Shown here piece after piece: positions 17,211-25,393 of a stretch of DNA of 60,180 nt. The translations under genes were made by a program, and so were the position numbers. Every line of letters begins with the position of its first letter. The stretch's first letter is position 1. Under the pieces are notes generated by a model. It had not been told where the DNA came from, did no database searches, and saw only the letters and a list, made by a program, of their open reading frames with translations. The DNA is from a virus (lineage: Duplodnaviria > Caudoviricetes), in the IMG/VR virus record IMGVR_UViG_3300028840_002990, positions 1 through 60,180 of that record; one strand, 5' to 3'.

Positions 17211-19820
17211 ATGACTTTCCCTACCCCCCTGCCTGAATTGCCCGTTCTCCTCCCTCCCCGTCCATACCGTGACGGGGGAGAGCCTTTCTTTGCTTTCACA
17301 GACAAAGAGACTCAGGAATTCTTGGAAGACAATTCAGACATCCAAAATAGTATTGACCTATGGAATAGAAAATCCCGCCTGGTTGGATACCTTGAGGCTG
17401 AGTCAATTGATGTTATTCAATTCCACTATGGCCCCGGCCCCCATCCCGGTACTGGTACGAGTCAAGATGTACATGGAGGGGATGGGGTAAAGGCTGAACC
17501 AAGAGGAAAGTATAAACATCCAATTCTAAAAGATGATGAACCTTTGAGTATTGCAAAAATTTGGGAGTCTTTTCAATGGCTTGAAAAGCAAAGACAGGAG
17601 GAGTTAGAAGCGGAATTGGAAAGGGAGCAAGGCATTGATAAAGAGGCAAGAGAGGAACGAATAGAGGAATTATCTGATGAATATGCAAAAGTTTTAGCTG
17701 ATGAATATGAATCATTTGCATTTGAGCATTGGAATTCTCTGACCGAAGAACAACAAGAGGCAATCAGGGAATATCAAAATGGGGAGTATGGTGATATAAA
17801 CGAATATCTTAGGGAGGGTGTCTATTTAGAAAATGAACATTATGTTGATCTTATTGCTGATTCTGCTACTCCATCCCCTCAAGATATAATGCTTTATAGG
17901 GGCATGGAAACCATGAGGTATGAAGATTTAGAGGCGGGGGACATTATTACAGATGACGGTTTTTTTTCATCCTCTGTTCACCAATCGGTTGCTTATTCTT
18001 TCATAAAGAATGCAGATAAAGGGGAACAAGAGGTTGCTTTTATTATTTTGGTAGATGAAGGGTTTCCGATTATCCCGGCTGATAGTAAAGACTATCCTAG
18101 TGAGGATGAAGTTATACTATTACCCGGTACAAGTTTTCATGTAGTGGATGTTTTCGAGGATGAATTTTTCTACAGTGACGATATTGATAAAGTTGTTTAT
18201 TTGAAAGCATTGACTCCAAGCGAAGCCCAAAACGGACTTGATAAGGGTTGGGAACTTTTACCAGAACCAAAACTAATACCAAAACCAGAACCAACCCCTG
18301 ATTTGCAACCTGCTTTGTTTTCAAAAGAACCAATCCCGATTCCAATTCTGGAAAGATGGGATGAAAATTTTTATTCCGAGGGCATAAGGGTTTACAGGCG
18401 GCAAAAGGTTTCCCAACATCATTATGGCCCCGGCCCCCATCCCGGTACTGGTACGAGTCAAGATGTGCATGGAGGGGATGGGGAGGAAAGAACTTACTCA
18501 GAAGTTGAAAAATATATGTATGAGGGTTTTGCAAAGAGGCATTGGGAAACCCTTACCCCTAGACAAAAACAGGTGATCAAAGCCTACGGTGATGATTACT
18601 ATGAATATTATAATGGGTATGCAAGAGGCCAAATTACAGCCACAGATTACAGTGAACAGGTTTCTGAAATAAATTCTGCTAGTATGCCTGCTCCATACGA
18701 TATGAAGGTGTACCGGGGAACTGAAAGTTTCCGATTCAACGATCTTGAAAGTGGTGATATATTTCATGATGCTGGATTTTTCTCTACTTCAATCCATAAA
18801 GATATTGCTGCAGATTTTGCCGATGTTCCATCAAAGGAAAAAGATCAAGTTGTTTTTGAAGTTCTTATTCCACATGCATTTCCTATTATCCCCTACGATA
18901 GCACAGACTTTGAACCAGAGGATGAAATCTTTTTTCCCGCTGGCACTTATTTTGAGGTCAAATCATCTGAGGATGACGTTTATTTTTCTTATGCTGGCAA
19001 TGTGAAACTTATTCAACTTGAGGCTATATACCCATCACAAGCAAGGGCAAAACAGAATGTAGAGAAAAGTAAAGTGCCTGAAAAATTGATTCCTGTTCCA
19101 ATTCTTGAGCGGTGGGCAACCGATGATTTTGATGGGGTTGGGATAACGATTATAAAGAAAGAAAAGAAAGAAAAGAAAATTTCCCAACATGCCCGGAAAC
19201 TTGTAGAGGTTTATTTCGATTTTCCAACAGGGGTTTATAGGTACATTGTTTCAGGCCGAAAAGTACCTGACCATCGTTTGCATTTAGGGAATGCCAGAGT
19301 CGCAAAGTCTCAACAAGGGGCAATGAAAGAGCTTACTCGGCAATTGGTAAACGGCGAGATCAATCAAGAGATTTGGTATAAGGAAATGCGACAAATGATG
19401 AAAGATCAATACCGGGCGGCTTGGCTTGCCAGTATTGGAGGCAGGGAGAACTATACCCGCTCCGAGATTTCAAAATTTGGTTGGGCTGTACGCCCTCAAT
19501 ACCGCTGGCTTGACAATTTTCTTGCTGAGTTGCAATCAGGAAAACAACCCTTGAATGCTTTTGCTATCATGCGATCTGGCATGTACGCGAGGGCGGGGAA
19601 TGCGATCTACCAGAACAATAGACTTAGGATAGCAATCGAAGCAGGGATGAAAGAGGCGAGGAGAATTCTAGGGGTTACGGAACATCACTGTCATGATACG
19701 TTGACCAAACCTGGGTGTATTGAATTAGCGGCTGAGGGATGGATTCCTATAATGCAAGCTGTACCAATCGGGGATGCAAGTTGTTATTCAATGTGTTTGT
19801 GTAGATGGGAGTTTAGATAA
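17211..19820 (+). CDS. Minor head (MuF-like) protein with two VIP2-type ADP-ribosyltransferase domains
   Basis: Two R-S-ExE sets (LYRG/FFSSS/SEDEV and VYRG/FFSTS/PEDEI); C-terminal HC..C..C...C.C; lies after the portal. Confidence 0.8.
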   Translation: MTFPTPLPELPVLLPPRPYRDGGEPFFAFTDKETQEFLEDNSDIQNSIDLWNRKSRLVGYLEAESIDVIQFHYGPGPHPGTGTSQDVHGGDGVKAEPRGKYKHPILKDDEPLSIAKIWESFQWLEKQRQEELEAELEREQGIDKEAREERIEELSDEYAKVLADEYESFAFEHWNSLTEEQQEAIREYQNGEYGDINEYLREGVYLENEHYVDLIADSATPSPQDIMLYRGMETMRYEDLEAGDIITDDGFFSSSVHQSVAYSFIKNADKGEQEVAFIILVDEGFPIIPADSKDYPSEDEVILLPGTSFHVVDVFEDEFFYSDDIDKVVYLKALTPSEAQNGLDKGWELLPEPKLIPKPEPTPDLQPALFSKEPIPIPILERWDENFYSEGIRVYRRQKVSQHHYGPGPHPGTGTSQDVHGGDGEERTYSEVEKYMYEGFAKRHWETLTPRQKQVIKAYGDDYYEYYNGYARGQITATDYSEQVSEINSASMPAPYDMKVYRGTESFRFNDLESGDIFHDAGFFSTSIHKDIAADFADVPSKEKDQVVFEVLIPHAFPIIPYDSTDFEPEDEIFFPAGTYFEVKSSEDDVYFSYAGNVKLIQLEAIYPSQARAKQNVEKSKVPEKLIPVPILERWATDDFDGVGITIIKKEKKEKKISQHARKLVEVYFDFPTGVYRYIVSGRKVPDHRLHLGNARVAKSQQGAMKELTRQLVNGEINQEIWYKEMRQMMKDQYRAAWLASIGGRENYTRSEISKFGWAVRPQYRWLDNFLAELQSGKQPLNAFAIMRSGMYARAGNAIYQNNRLRIAIEAGMKEARRILGVTEHHCHDTLTKPGCIELAAEGWIPIMQAVPIGDASCYSMCLCRWEFR
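17424..18483 (+). repeat. Two 64 bp near-identical copies encoding HYGPGPHPGTGTSQDVHGGDG
   Basis: 17424-17487 and 18420-18483; third diverged copy at 23895-23951. Confidence 0.9.
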
Positions 19821-19826
19821 AACGCA

Positions 19827-20093
19827 ATGAATGAGAAAACATTGAAGCGCGATAAAAATCAATCAAAAGACAAACTGATCAAGATCGTGGACGATGAGGG
19901 GCATGTTCTGTTTTTCTTCAACCCTGAAACGGGTTGCGTTGAGGTTAGGGGGAGAACACGCGGGGGGAATCGCAGTACCAACCATAAAATATTTGAGATC
20001 AACTTGGATGAAATATCAAGAGCAGGGAGAACCAATATCCTAGCCGCTAAACCAATCTATGAAATCAAGGCCGGGGTGATTGAAACTATTTGA
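19827..20093 (+). CDS. Hypothetical protein
   Basis: 88 aa ORF. Confidence 0.65.
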   Translation: MNEKTLKRDKNQSKDKLIKIVDDEGHVLFFFNPETGCVEVRGRTRGGNRSTNHKIFEINLDEISRAGRTNILAAKPIYEIKAGVIETI

Positions 20094-20094
20094 C

Positions 20095-20123
20095 TTGACA
20101 CATTTACAAATGTACATTACAAT
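20095..20123 (+). promoter_or_regulatory. Sigma70-type promoter driving cassette array A
   Basis: TTGACA-17-TACAAT; overlaps the palindrome AATGTACATT (20109-20118). Confidence 0.8.
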
Positions 20124-20153
20124 GTACTTACCCTAAAAAATAGGAGTTATTAC

Positions 20154-20360
20154 ATGGGTGATTTCAGACCAAAATTAAATTCTCATGAAGATATTTTCTT
20201 AGCAATTCAAGAGGAATTGAATAAGAATGCTGTTACCTCATTGAATCTTACAACTATTGTAAAGATTTGTGGAGAACGGGCTTTTTTATCTCTTTTCCCT
20301 GACAGGAAAAATGAGTTGTTGGGTTTACAGCGTCAACGATATGAGAAAATTGATTTTTAA
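20154..20360 (+). CDS. Small hypothetical protein ending at attI-like site A
   Basis: TAGGAG RBS; stop codon overlaps the AATGTACATT palindrome. Confidence 0.7.
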   Translation: MGDFRPKLNSHEDIFLAIQEELNKNAVTSLNLTTIVKICGERAFLSLFPDRKNELLGLQRQRYEKIDF

Positions 20361-20389
20361 TGTACATTCCGCTCAAACACTAGTTAGCC
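20359..20389 (+). mobile_element. attI-like site A
   Basis: AATGTACATTCCGCTCAAACACTAG|TTAGCC; 25 of 27 bases through GTT match 58249-58275; heads the array. Confidence 0.72.
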
Positions 20390-20410
20390 GCCACTTGAAG
20401 GAATAGTCAC

Positions 20411-20635
20411 ATGGCATATAAAAAAGGTAATCACTGTAACAATAATTGCGCCCACTTTTTCGGCGAAGATGTAACTATCTATAATCCGTATCATGGCGGC
20501 AATCCTGGCTCAACAGATTATGAGCAATATCAAATGTATTGTTGCGCCGAAGTTGCCCATGGTGAGCGTATCTATAAAGTCCGTTATGCTTGCCCTATCT
20601 ATCAGGCAGCTAACAAAGCATGGAGCGGACGGTAG
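20411..20635 (+). CDS. Cys-rich hypothetical protein, cassette A1 cargo
   Basis: AAGGA RBS; reads into the attC (ANKAWSGR). Confidence 0.75.
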   Translation: MAYKKGNHCNNNCAHFFGEDVTIYNPYHGGNPGSTDYEQYQMYCCAEVAHGERIYKVRYACPIYQAANKAWSGR

Positions 20636-20693
20636 AAATGTTACCTGAAATCCTGACAGCTTTATCGTCCGCCGCTCATGCAGGCCGTTAGGC
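20608..20693 (+). mobile_element. attC site A1 (86 bp)
   Basis: AGCTAAC..GCATGGAGCGG / CCGCTCATGC (one extrahelical base)..GTTAGGC. Confidence 0.9.
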
Positions 20694-20708
20694 GCTATCT
20701 TGCAAAGG

Positions 20709-21032
20709 ATGAAAATGATTACAGAAAAAGAACTCGATGCAATCGCTTGGCGTGCTGGTCGTGGTTGTCATTTTGAAAAAACGTTTGTTGGCCCAAATGG
20801 GTACACACAGAAAGTGTGCGAAGAAGATGTGCCTGCGCTTATCAGAGAATTGCGAATGGTGAGAGAATTTGTCAAGGCAAATATTGAGCTTGCAAATCTC
20901 AACACTACTTTGATTGAGTTTGTGTCAGAAGTCAATTACTCTCCATACAATGATAGTGATTGTCTTTCGCTTTTAGAAAGTTTGCGTTCACGAGCTGCGA
21001 CAATCCTGAGAGAGATTGAAGCGCCTAAGTGA
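20709..21032 (+). CDS. Hypothetical protein, cassette A2 cargo
   Basis: Begins after GTTAGGCGCT and ends over the remnant AGCGCCTAAG (21020-21029). Confidence 0.75.
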   Translation: MKMITEKELDAIAWRAGRGCHFEKTFVGPNGYTQKVCEEDVPALIRELRMVREFVKANIELANLNTTLIEFVSEVNYSPYNDSDCLSLLESLRSRAATILREIEAPK

Positions 21033-21125
21033 GGGGTTCATGTATTATGATATTCTGAAAATGTGCGGGGAAGAGGTTGAGGCTTGGTCAAAAGAGGCAC
21101 ATGAATTGATTACAGGGAAAACGGG

Positions 21126-21956
21126 ATGAATTTATTGCTGAAACAAAACGTTCAATGGAAACGTTTACAGAAAACATTTGAAAAAATCTTATATGCCCTT
21201 GTTCTAATCGGTTTGTTTTTTGTATCCATAATGCAAAGGGAAAATAATTCAGTTGATCTTCGGATACTACTAGAGTCGGGCAATGCCGCAATCAACGGAA
21301 TAAACCCATACAGGGAATTACCGTTCTACTCCCCCGCTTGGTTTCTTCTCCTGCTTTCCCCTTTGTCATTACTTCCCTTTGATTTTATTCATGCCCTATG
21401 GACAATTTGCACCCTCGCGGCGTGGGTTTTCATCCTTCATAAGTTGGAAATATCAGTAATTGATTCCGCTCTTTTTATGCTCAACCCTTTTATGTGGTTT
21501 GGGATGTCACTAGGAAATTATGATTGGCTTGTGCTGTTGGGTTTGTTTCTTCCCATGAGCCGGGGAATATGGCTGTTGCTTCTCAAGCCGCAAATTGTTT
21601 TTGGAGCTTTCCTTTTATGGTTGAGATATGTAAAACTCAAGTATGCAATCAAGGTTTTCTTTTTCCCCGCTCTAATTATTTTGATTTGTTTGGGGGTTGG
21701 GTTGTACCGTTCTCCCGATCTAAAAGAAATGATATGGAATCAATCATTAGGGCTATGGGGAATCCCTGTTGGGTTGATCATGATGTATTTTGCTTTCAAG
21801 AGGAATGATAGTATTTTGGCTCTCGGAGCATCCCCGTTTCTTTCTCCCTATGTTGGTATCCAATCCTGGGCAATCCCCTTCTTGCTCCTGACAAGAGATA
21901 GGCGGTTGTTGATCATCGGATTGATTTTGTCGTGGGCATTTATTTTTGTGAGGTGA
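21126..21956 (+). CDS. GT-C fold (GT87/DUF2029-like) polytopic membrane glycosyltransferase
   Basis: G.NPY..FYSPAW..LL.PL..LP, GNYD, LLKPQ; many TM helices. Confidence 0.7.
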   Translation: MNLLLKQNVQWKRLQKTFEKILYALVLIGLFFVSIMQRENNSVDLRILLESGNAAINGINPYRELPFYSPAWFLLLLSPLSLLPFDFIHALWTICTLAAWVFILHKLEISVIDSALFMLNPFMWFGMSLGNYDWLVLLGLFLPMSRGIWLLLLKPQIVFGAFLLWLRYVKLKYAIKVFFFPALIILICLGVGLYRSPDLKEMIWNQSLGLWGIPVGLIMMYFAFKRNDSILALGASPFLSPYVGIQSWAIPFLLLTRDRRLLIIGLILSWAFIFVR

Positions 21957-21960
21957 ACAG

Positions 21961-22119
21961 ATGCGAAAATACATATCAAACATATTTGGTGGATTGACAA
22001 TGATTGCCGGGTTTGCAATAATTATATCTGAGTATGGACTTGTACTAACATTTGGCATAGCATTTATTATTTTTGGTATTTATTTTTTGATGGAGAGTAA
22101 TGATGCAAATAAAAACTAG
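21961..22119 (+). CDS. 52 aa two-TM membrane protein
   Basis: GAGGTG RBS; hydrophobic translation. Confidence 0.5.
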   Translation: MRKYISNIFGGLTMIAGFAIIISEYGLVLTFGIAFIIFGIYFLMESNDANKN

Positions 22120-22303
22120 ACACAGCGAAATTGTAATTGATATAAAAACAAAAAAACCGTTTTTTGAATTTTCAAAAGAAGAACATGCTATTTATTCCGA
22201 ATTGGTTAGTGAAATTTGTGAATACCTTGATGGTATTTTTACAAGAGAAAATTACGGACTATTTTTGCAAGATCAAAATAAGGATTTGCGAGACGACCAA
22301 TGA
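22100..22303 (+). CDS. Hypothetical protein
   Basis: 67 aa ORF, GGAG RBS. Confidence 0.6.
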   Translation: MMQIKTRHSEIVIDIKTKKPFFEFSKEEHAIYSELVSEICEYLDGIFTRENYGLFLQDQNKDLRDDQ

Positions 22304-22333
22304 TTATTTCAATTTTACGAGGTGAGGTGAAGG

Positions 22334-22573
22334 ATGGAAACTGAAACTATTCTGGCAGTATTACTAGGTTGTATGATAGGAATATCTATTTGTGGCATTT
22401 TATCTAAAATCGAAAATCCCACTTTAGACAAACGAAAGCAAGAATTGGGATTAGGGAAAAAGTTTGAATACAAAGAAACTTGCCCGACCTGTAACGGTTG
22501 TGGTAGGCATTTATATGATGGAACAAAAAAACACGAACGGTGTCATACTTGCAAGGGGATAGGCAAATTGTAA
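22334..22573 (+). CDS. TM-anchored protein with DnaJ-type Zn finger
   Basis: N-terminal TM; CPTCNGCG and CHTCKGIG. Confidence 0.65.
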   Translation: METETILAVLLGCMIGISICGILSKIENPTLDKRKQELGLGKKFEYKETCPTCNGCGRHLYDGTKKHERCHTCKGIGKL

Positions 22574-22575
22574 TC

Positions 22576-22800
22576 ATGATTTCAGAATCAAGAAAAATAG
22601 AACTGGAACTAAGGAATGAGGAAATCTACCAAAAGCACTTGGATAAGGTTTCTAATTCTGATTTATCAAAAGAATATGAGCTAGACCCAAAAACTATTCA
22701 GGCAATTATTACTCAGGAAAAGAAAAGAGCAACGAGGCGAAAACCCCGAAACCTGATGTGTAATATCGGTTTGGATTATGTGCAAATGAGGCAGGCATGA
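22576..22800 (+). CDS. Mor-like HTH transcription regulator
   Basis: RNEEIY..S..DLSKEYEL..KTIQAII; just upstream of the head genes. Confidence 0.55.
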   Translation: MISESRKIELELRNEEIYQKHLDKVSNSDLSKEYELDPKTIQAIITQEKKRATRRKPRNLMCNIGLDYVQMRQA

Positions 22801-22893
22801 TCAATCTAAGAAAATACGTGTCTGAGTTCTTTTCTAAGAAAAATAAGGAATTATTTGGTCGGGGGACTCGCGTTTCTGTGCTATAATGAGTAT

Positions 22894-22973
22894 ACTTATA
22901 ACCTGCCCTCCCACTCCCGGCATGGTTATCATCCTTTCAACAATCCCCTTGCGGCGAACAAGGGGATTGTGTT
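22894..22973 (+). ncRNA. Candidate small RNA with CUCCCACUCCC loop
   Basis: Extended -10 TGcTATAAT (22879-22887); hairpin ATAACCTGCC/GGCATGGTTAT; 12 bp terminator-like stem. Confidence 0.5.
22940..22973. terminator. Intrinsic terminator-like hairpin
   Basis: ACAATCCCCTTG-CGGCGAA-CAAGGGGATTGT. Confidence 0.7.
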
Positions 22974-22978
22974 ATCCC

Positions 22979-23007
22979 TTGCAGAGAGTCTTATTTTGAG
23001 ATAAACT
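22979..23007 (+). promoter_or_regulatory. Putative head-operon promoter
   Basis: TTGCAG-17-TAAACT. Confidence 0.45.
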
Positions 23008-23063
23008 ATATAAGAATTTGAATATCTACTAAATGCGCTTGACGCTCATAGTAATAGAGTCAG

Positions 23064-24257
23064 GTGCATTTTATGTCAAATATTACTCCCCATTCTGTAC
23101 AAAACGCTCTACTCTCTTGGAGAGAGGAATCCATAGGCGACAAGTCTTATTTTGTCGTCAACGGAGTTCCCCTGGTTGAGGGTGTTCTAAATGGTCGGCT
23201 GGTTGAGGCAAAAGAGTTCGGTGCATTCGTCAAAGATTGGAACGGTGTACCTGTTGTTATGCGTCATCCAAAATCAAACGGGGGTTCGGCTCGTGTAATT
23301 TCTCCTGATGTCCCGGTGGTGGGACGTTTCTACAATGCAAAATTGGACGGGACTCGCCTCGTGGGTGAGTTCTGGCTTGACCCGGATATGTTGCAAGAGC
23401 AGGATGGTCAAGAGCTTATTTCCATGATCAAGGCCTCAAAGCCCGTAGAGATTTCTACGGGCTATTATGCTGAGTCCGTCCCTACAACTGGTCAGTGGAA
23501 TGGGAAAGATTATGGACTTGTTGACCAAAACTTACACCCTGACCATATTGCCCTTTTACCGGACGAAATCGGGGCTTGCTCGGTTGCCGATGGTTGCGGA
23601 TTGAATCGCAATCAGGAGGACGAAATGAAAGAGTTTGTTTGTCCCTATGCCGATTTGCTTCAACCCCAAACTGCTAAGAATGTTCAAAAAATACTTGGTG
23701 ATTTGGCAAATGATTTGGATGTTTCGATCCAGAACGTTGAAGGCCTTACAGGGGCGGCGGCTGATATGTGGGAGGAAGTATACAAAAATGCTTTGGAGCA
23801 ATACGAAGGGGATAAGGAACGGGCTTCAAAGGTGGCATGGGCGGCAATCAAAAAGAAGTACAAAAAAGAGGGTGATGATTGGGTGTTGAAAAATCATTAT
23901 GGCCCCGGCCCTCATGAGTCTGGAAGTTCTCAAGATGTACATGGTGGGGAGGGTGGAAAATCCCCTAGAAAATATAATGCTCATGAAAAAGCGGTACTTG
24001 AACGCGCAACCTATTTGGGGAAAAAAGCAGGGAAAGCGGTTAGGAGCAAAAGAAGGGATGAATATTTATCTTATGCAAGGTCTTTGGATTCTTTGCTTGA
24101 ATCTGTTCCTAAAGATTTTAGGAACGATGTTAGAAAAGCCTATGAAGAAAAATATAAATCTTATACCAACAATTTGAAAAACACAGAGTCGAAATTTGAC
24201 ATTCCGCAACATGAACTTGAAGGGCTTGCGAGTCTTGTTGCGTTTGTAGCAGAATGA
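23064..24257 (+). CDS. Prohead protease (DUF2213-type) with ChaB domain and HYGPGPH tag
   Basis: WNGVPVV.RHP, VEISTGY, PDHIALLP..GACS.ADGCG; ChaB-like W..VYK.A..QY..A.KVAWAAIKKKY. Confidence 0.82.
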   Translation: MHFMSNITPHSVQNALLSWREESIGDKSYFVVNGVPLVEGVLNGRLVEAKEFGAFVKDWNGVPVVMRHPKSNGGSARVISPDVPVVGRFYNAKLDGTRLVGEFWLDPDMLQEQDGQELISMIKASKPVEISTGYYAESVPTTGQWNGKDYGLVDQNLHPDHIALLPDEIGACSVADGCGLNRNQEDEMKEFVCPYADLLQPQTAKNVQKILGDLANDLDVSIQNVEGLTGAAADMWEEVYKNALEQYEGDKERASKVAWAAIKKKYKKEGDDWVLKNHYGPGPHESGSSQDVHGGEGGKSPRKYNAHEKAVLERATYLGKKAGKAVRSKRRDEYLSYARSLDSLLESVPKDFRNDVRKAYEEKYKSYTNNLKNTESKFDIPQHELEGLASLVAFVAE

Positions 24258-24309
24258 AATTCTGTATAGAGGCGCAAGTTTGCGCCAATCCTAAAAGGAG
24301 ATGTAGCTT

Positions 24310-24894
24310 ATGGATAAAACACTTTTTCAAAAATTCGCTCGTACTTTGGGCTTCAATGTGTCGGCTGATGCAATTCAGACCATCACGAATGAAGCCGAGT
24401 ATGACGCGGATTATCCCGACAATTGGGATGAAATGACCGAAGATGAAAAAGAGGCTTGGAAGCAGGAACACATGGTCAAAGCACAAGCTCAAGACAAGCC
24501 CAAGAAACCTGCTCCCAAAGAGCCTGCCCCAACCCCTGAGTTGCCGGATGAAGTCTTGCAATTCAGTTCTCTGATCAAAGAGTTAGGCGGGGTGGATTCA
24601 CTTCGGACTCTGCTTTTGTCGGCGGCAACTGTCACGGCTAACGCCTTGACACAGGAGGAGGCCGAGCGCGGTAAGTTGGTTGATGCAATCATCGCTAATT
24701 CCGCAGATCAATTCAGTAAGGACGAACTTGAGGAAATCGAGTTGCCCGTACTGAGGAAGATGGCCTCGGCTCTTACCCCACAAATGCAACGTGCCCCGGT
24801 GGATTACGGTGCGCTTGGCTCGGTTCAAAACAAGGGCAAGGACAAGATCGCTGAACGTCCTGTTTTCCTGTTGAACCGAAAGGCTAAGGAATAG
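24310..24894 (+). CDS. Capsid scaffolding protein
   Basis: Between protease and capsid; acidic and helical; AAGGAG RBS. Confidence 0.65.
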   Translation: MDKTLFQKFARTLGFNVSADAIQTITNEAEYDADYPDNWDEMTEDEKEAWKQEHMVKAQAQDKPKKPAPKEPAPTPELPDEVLQFSSLIKELGGVDSLRTLLLSAATVTANALTQEEAERGKLVDAIIANSADQFSKDELEEIELPVLRKMASALTPQMQRAPVDYGALGSVQNKGKDKIAERPVFLLNRKAKE

Positions 24895-24904
24895 GAGGTA
24901 TGAA

Positions 24905-25393
24905 ATGATGGCTAAAACTAATCCTAGCATTATCTTGCTCAAGGGCAACCCCGTTTATGAGGAATTCCCGCTTGCCCCTATAAGCGCGTCAGGCGTGACT
25001 GCTATCACCCCCGGCATGTTGGTTGAGCTATCGGCTGGCGAGGTGCGCCCACACTCTACGCAAGGCGGGGATGTTACCCCCCGCATGTTTGCCGTAGAGG
25101 GGTTGAATGAAGATTCCAGTACTAAGACAATGGGCGACATTGATGTTGACTATGACGATGACAACGCGGCTGTGAAGTGTGCTGTTTGCGCTGGTGGTGA
25201 ATGGGTCTACGCCCTGTTGGGTGCAGGTCAATCCGTTGCGGCTGATGGCCTGCTTCAGTCTGCCAGTGATGGCTATTTGATGGCCTATTCTGCCGCCGCT
25301 CAGAAACCAGAACGAATCGTAGGGCAGGCAATCGCGGCTGTTGACAACTCCGCAGGCACTACCCCCGCCCGCGTGAAAGTGAGGGTTTTGTAA
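24905..25393 (+). CDS. Head decoration/cement protein
   Basis: ITPGMLV..L.SA.DG.L pattern; directly before the MCP. Confidence 0.7.
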   Translation: MMAKTNPSIILLKGNPVYEEFPLAPISASGVTAITPGMLVELSAGEVRPHSTQGGDVTPRMFAVEGLNEDSSTKTMGDIDVDYDDDNAAVKCAVCAGGEWVYALLGAGQSVAADGLLQSASDGYLMAYSAAAQKPERIVGQAIAAVDNSAGTTPARVKVRVL

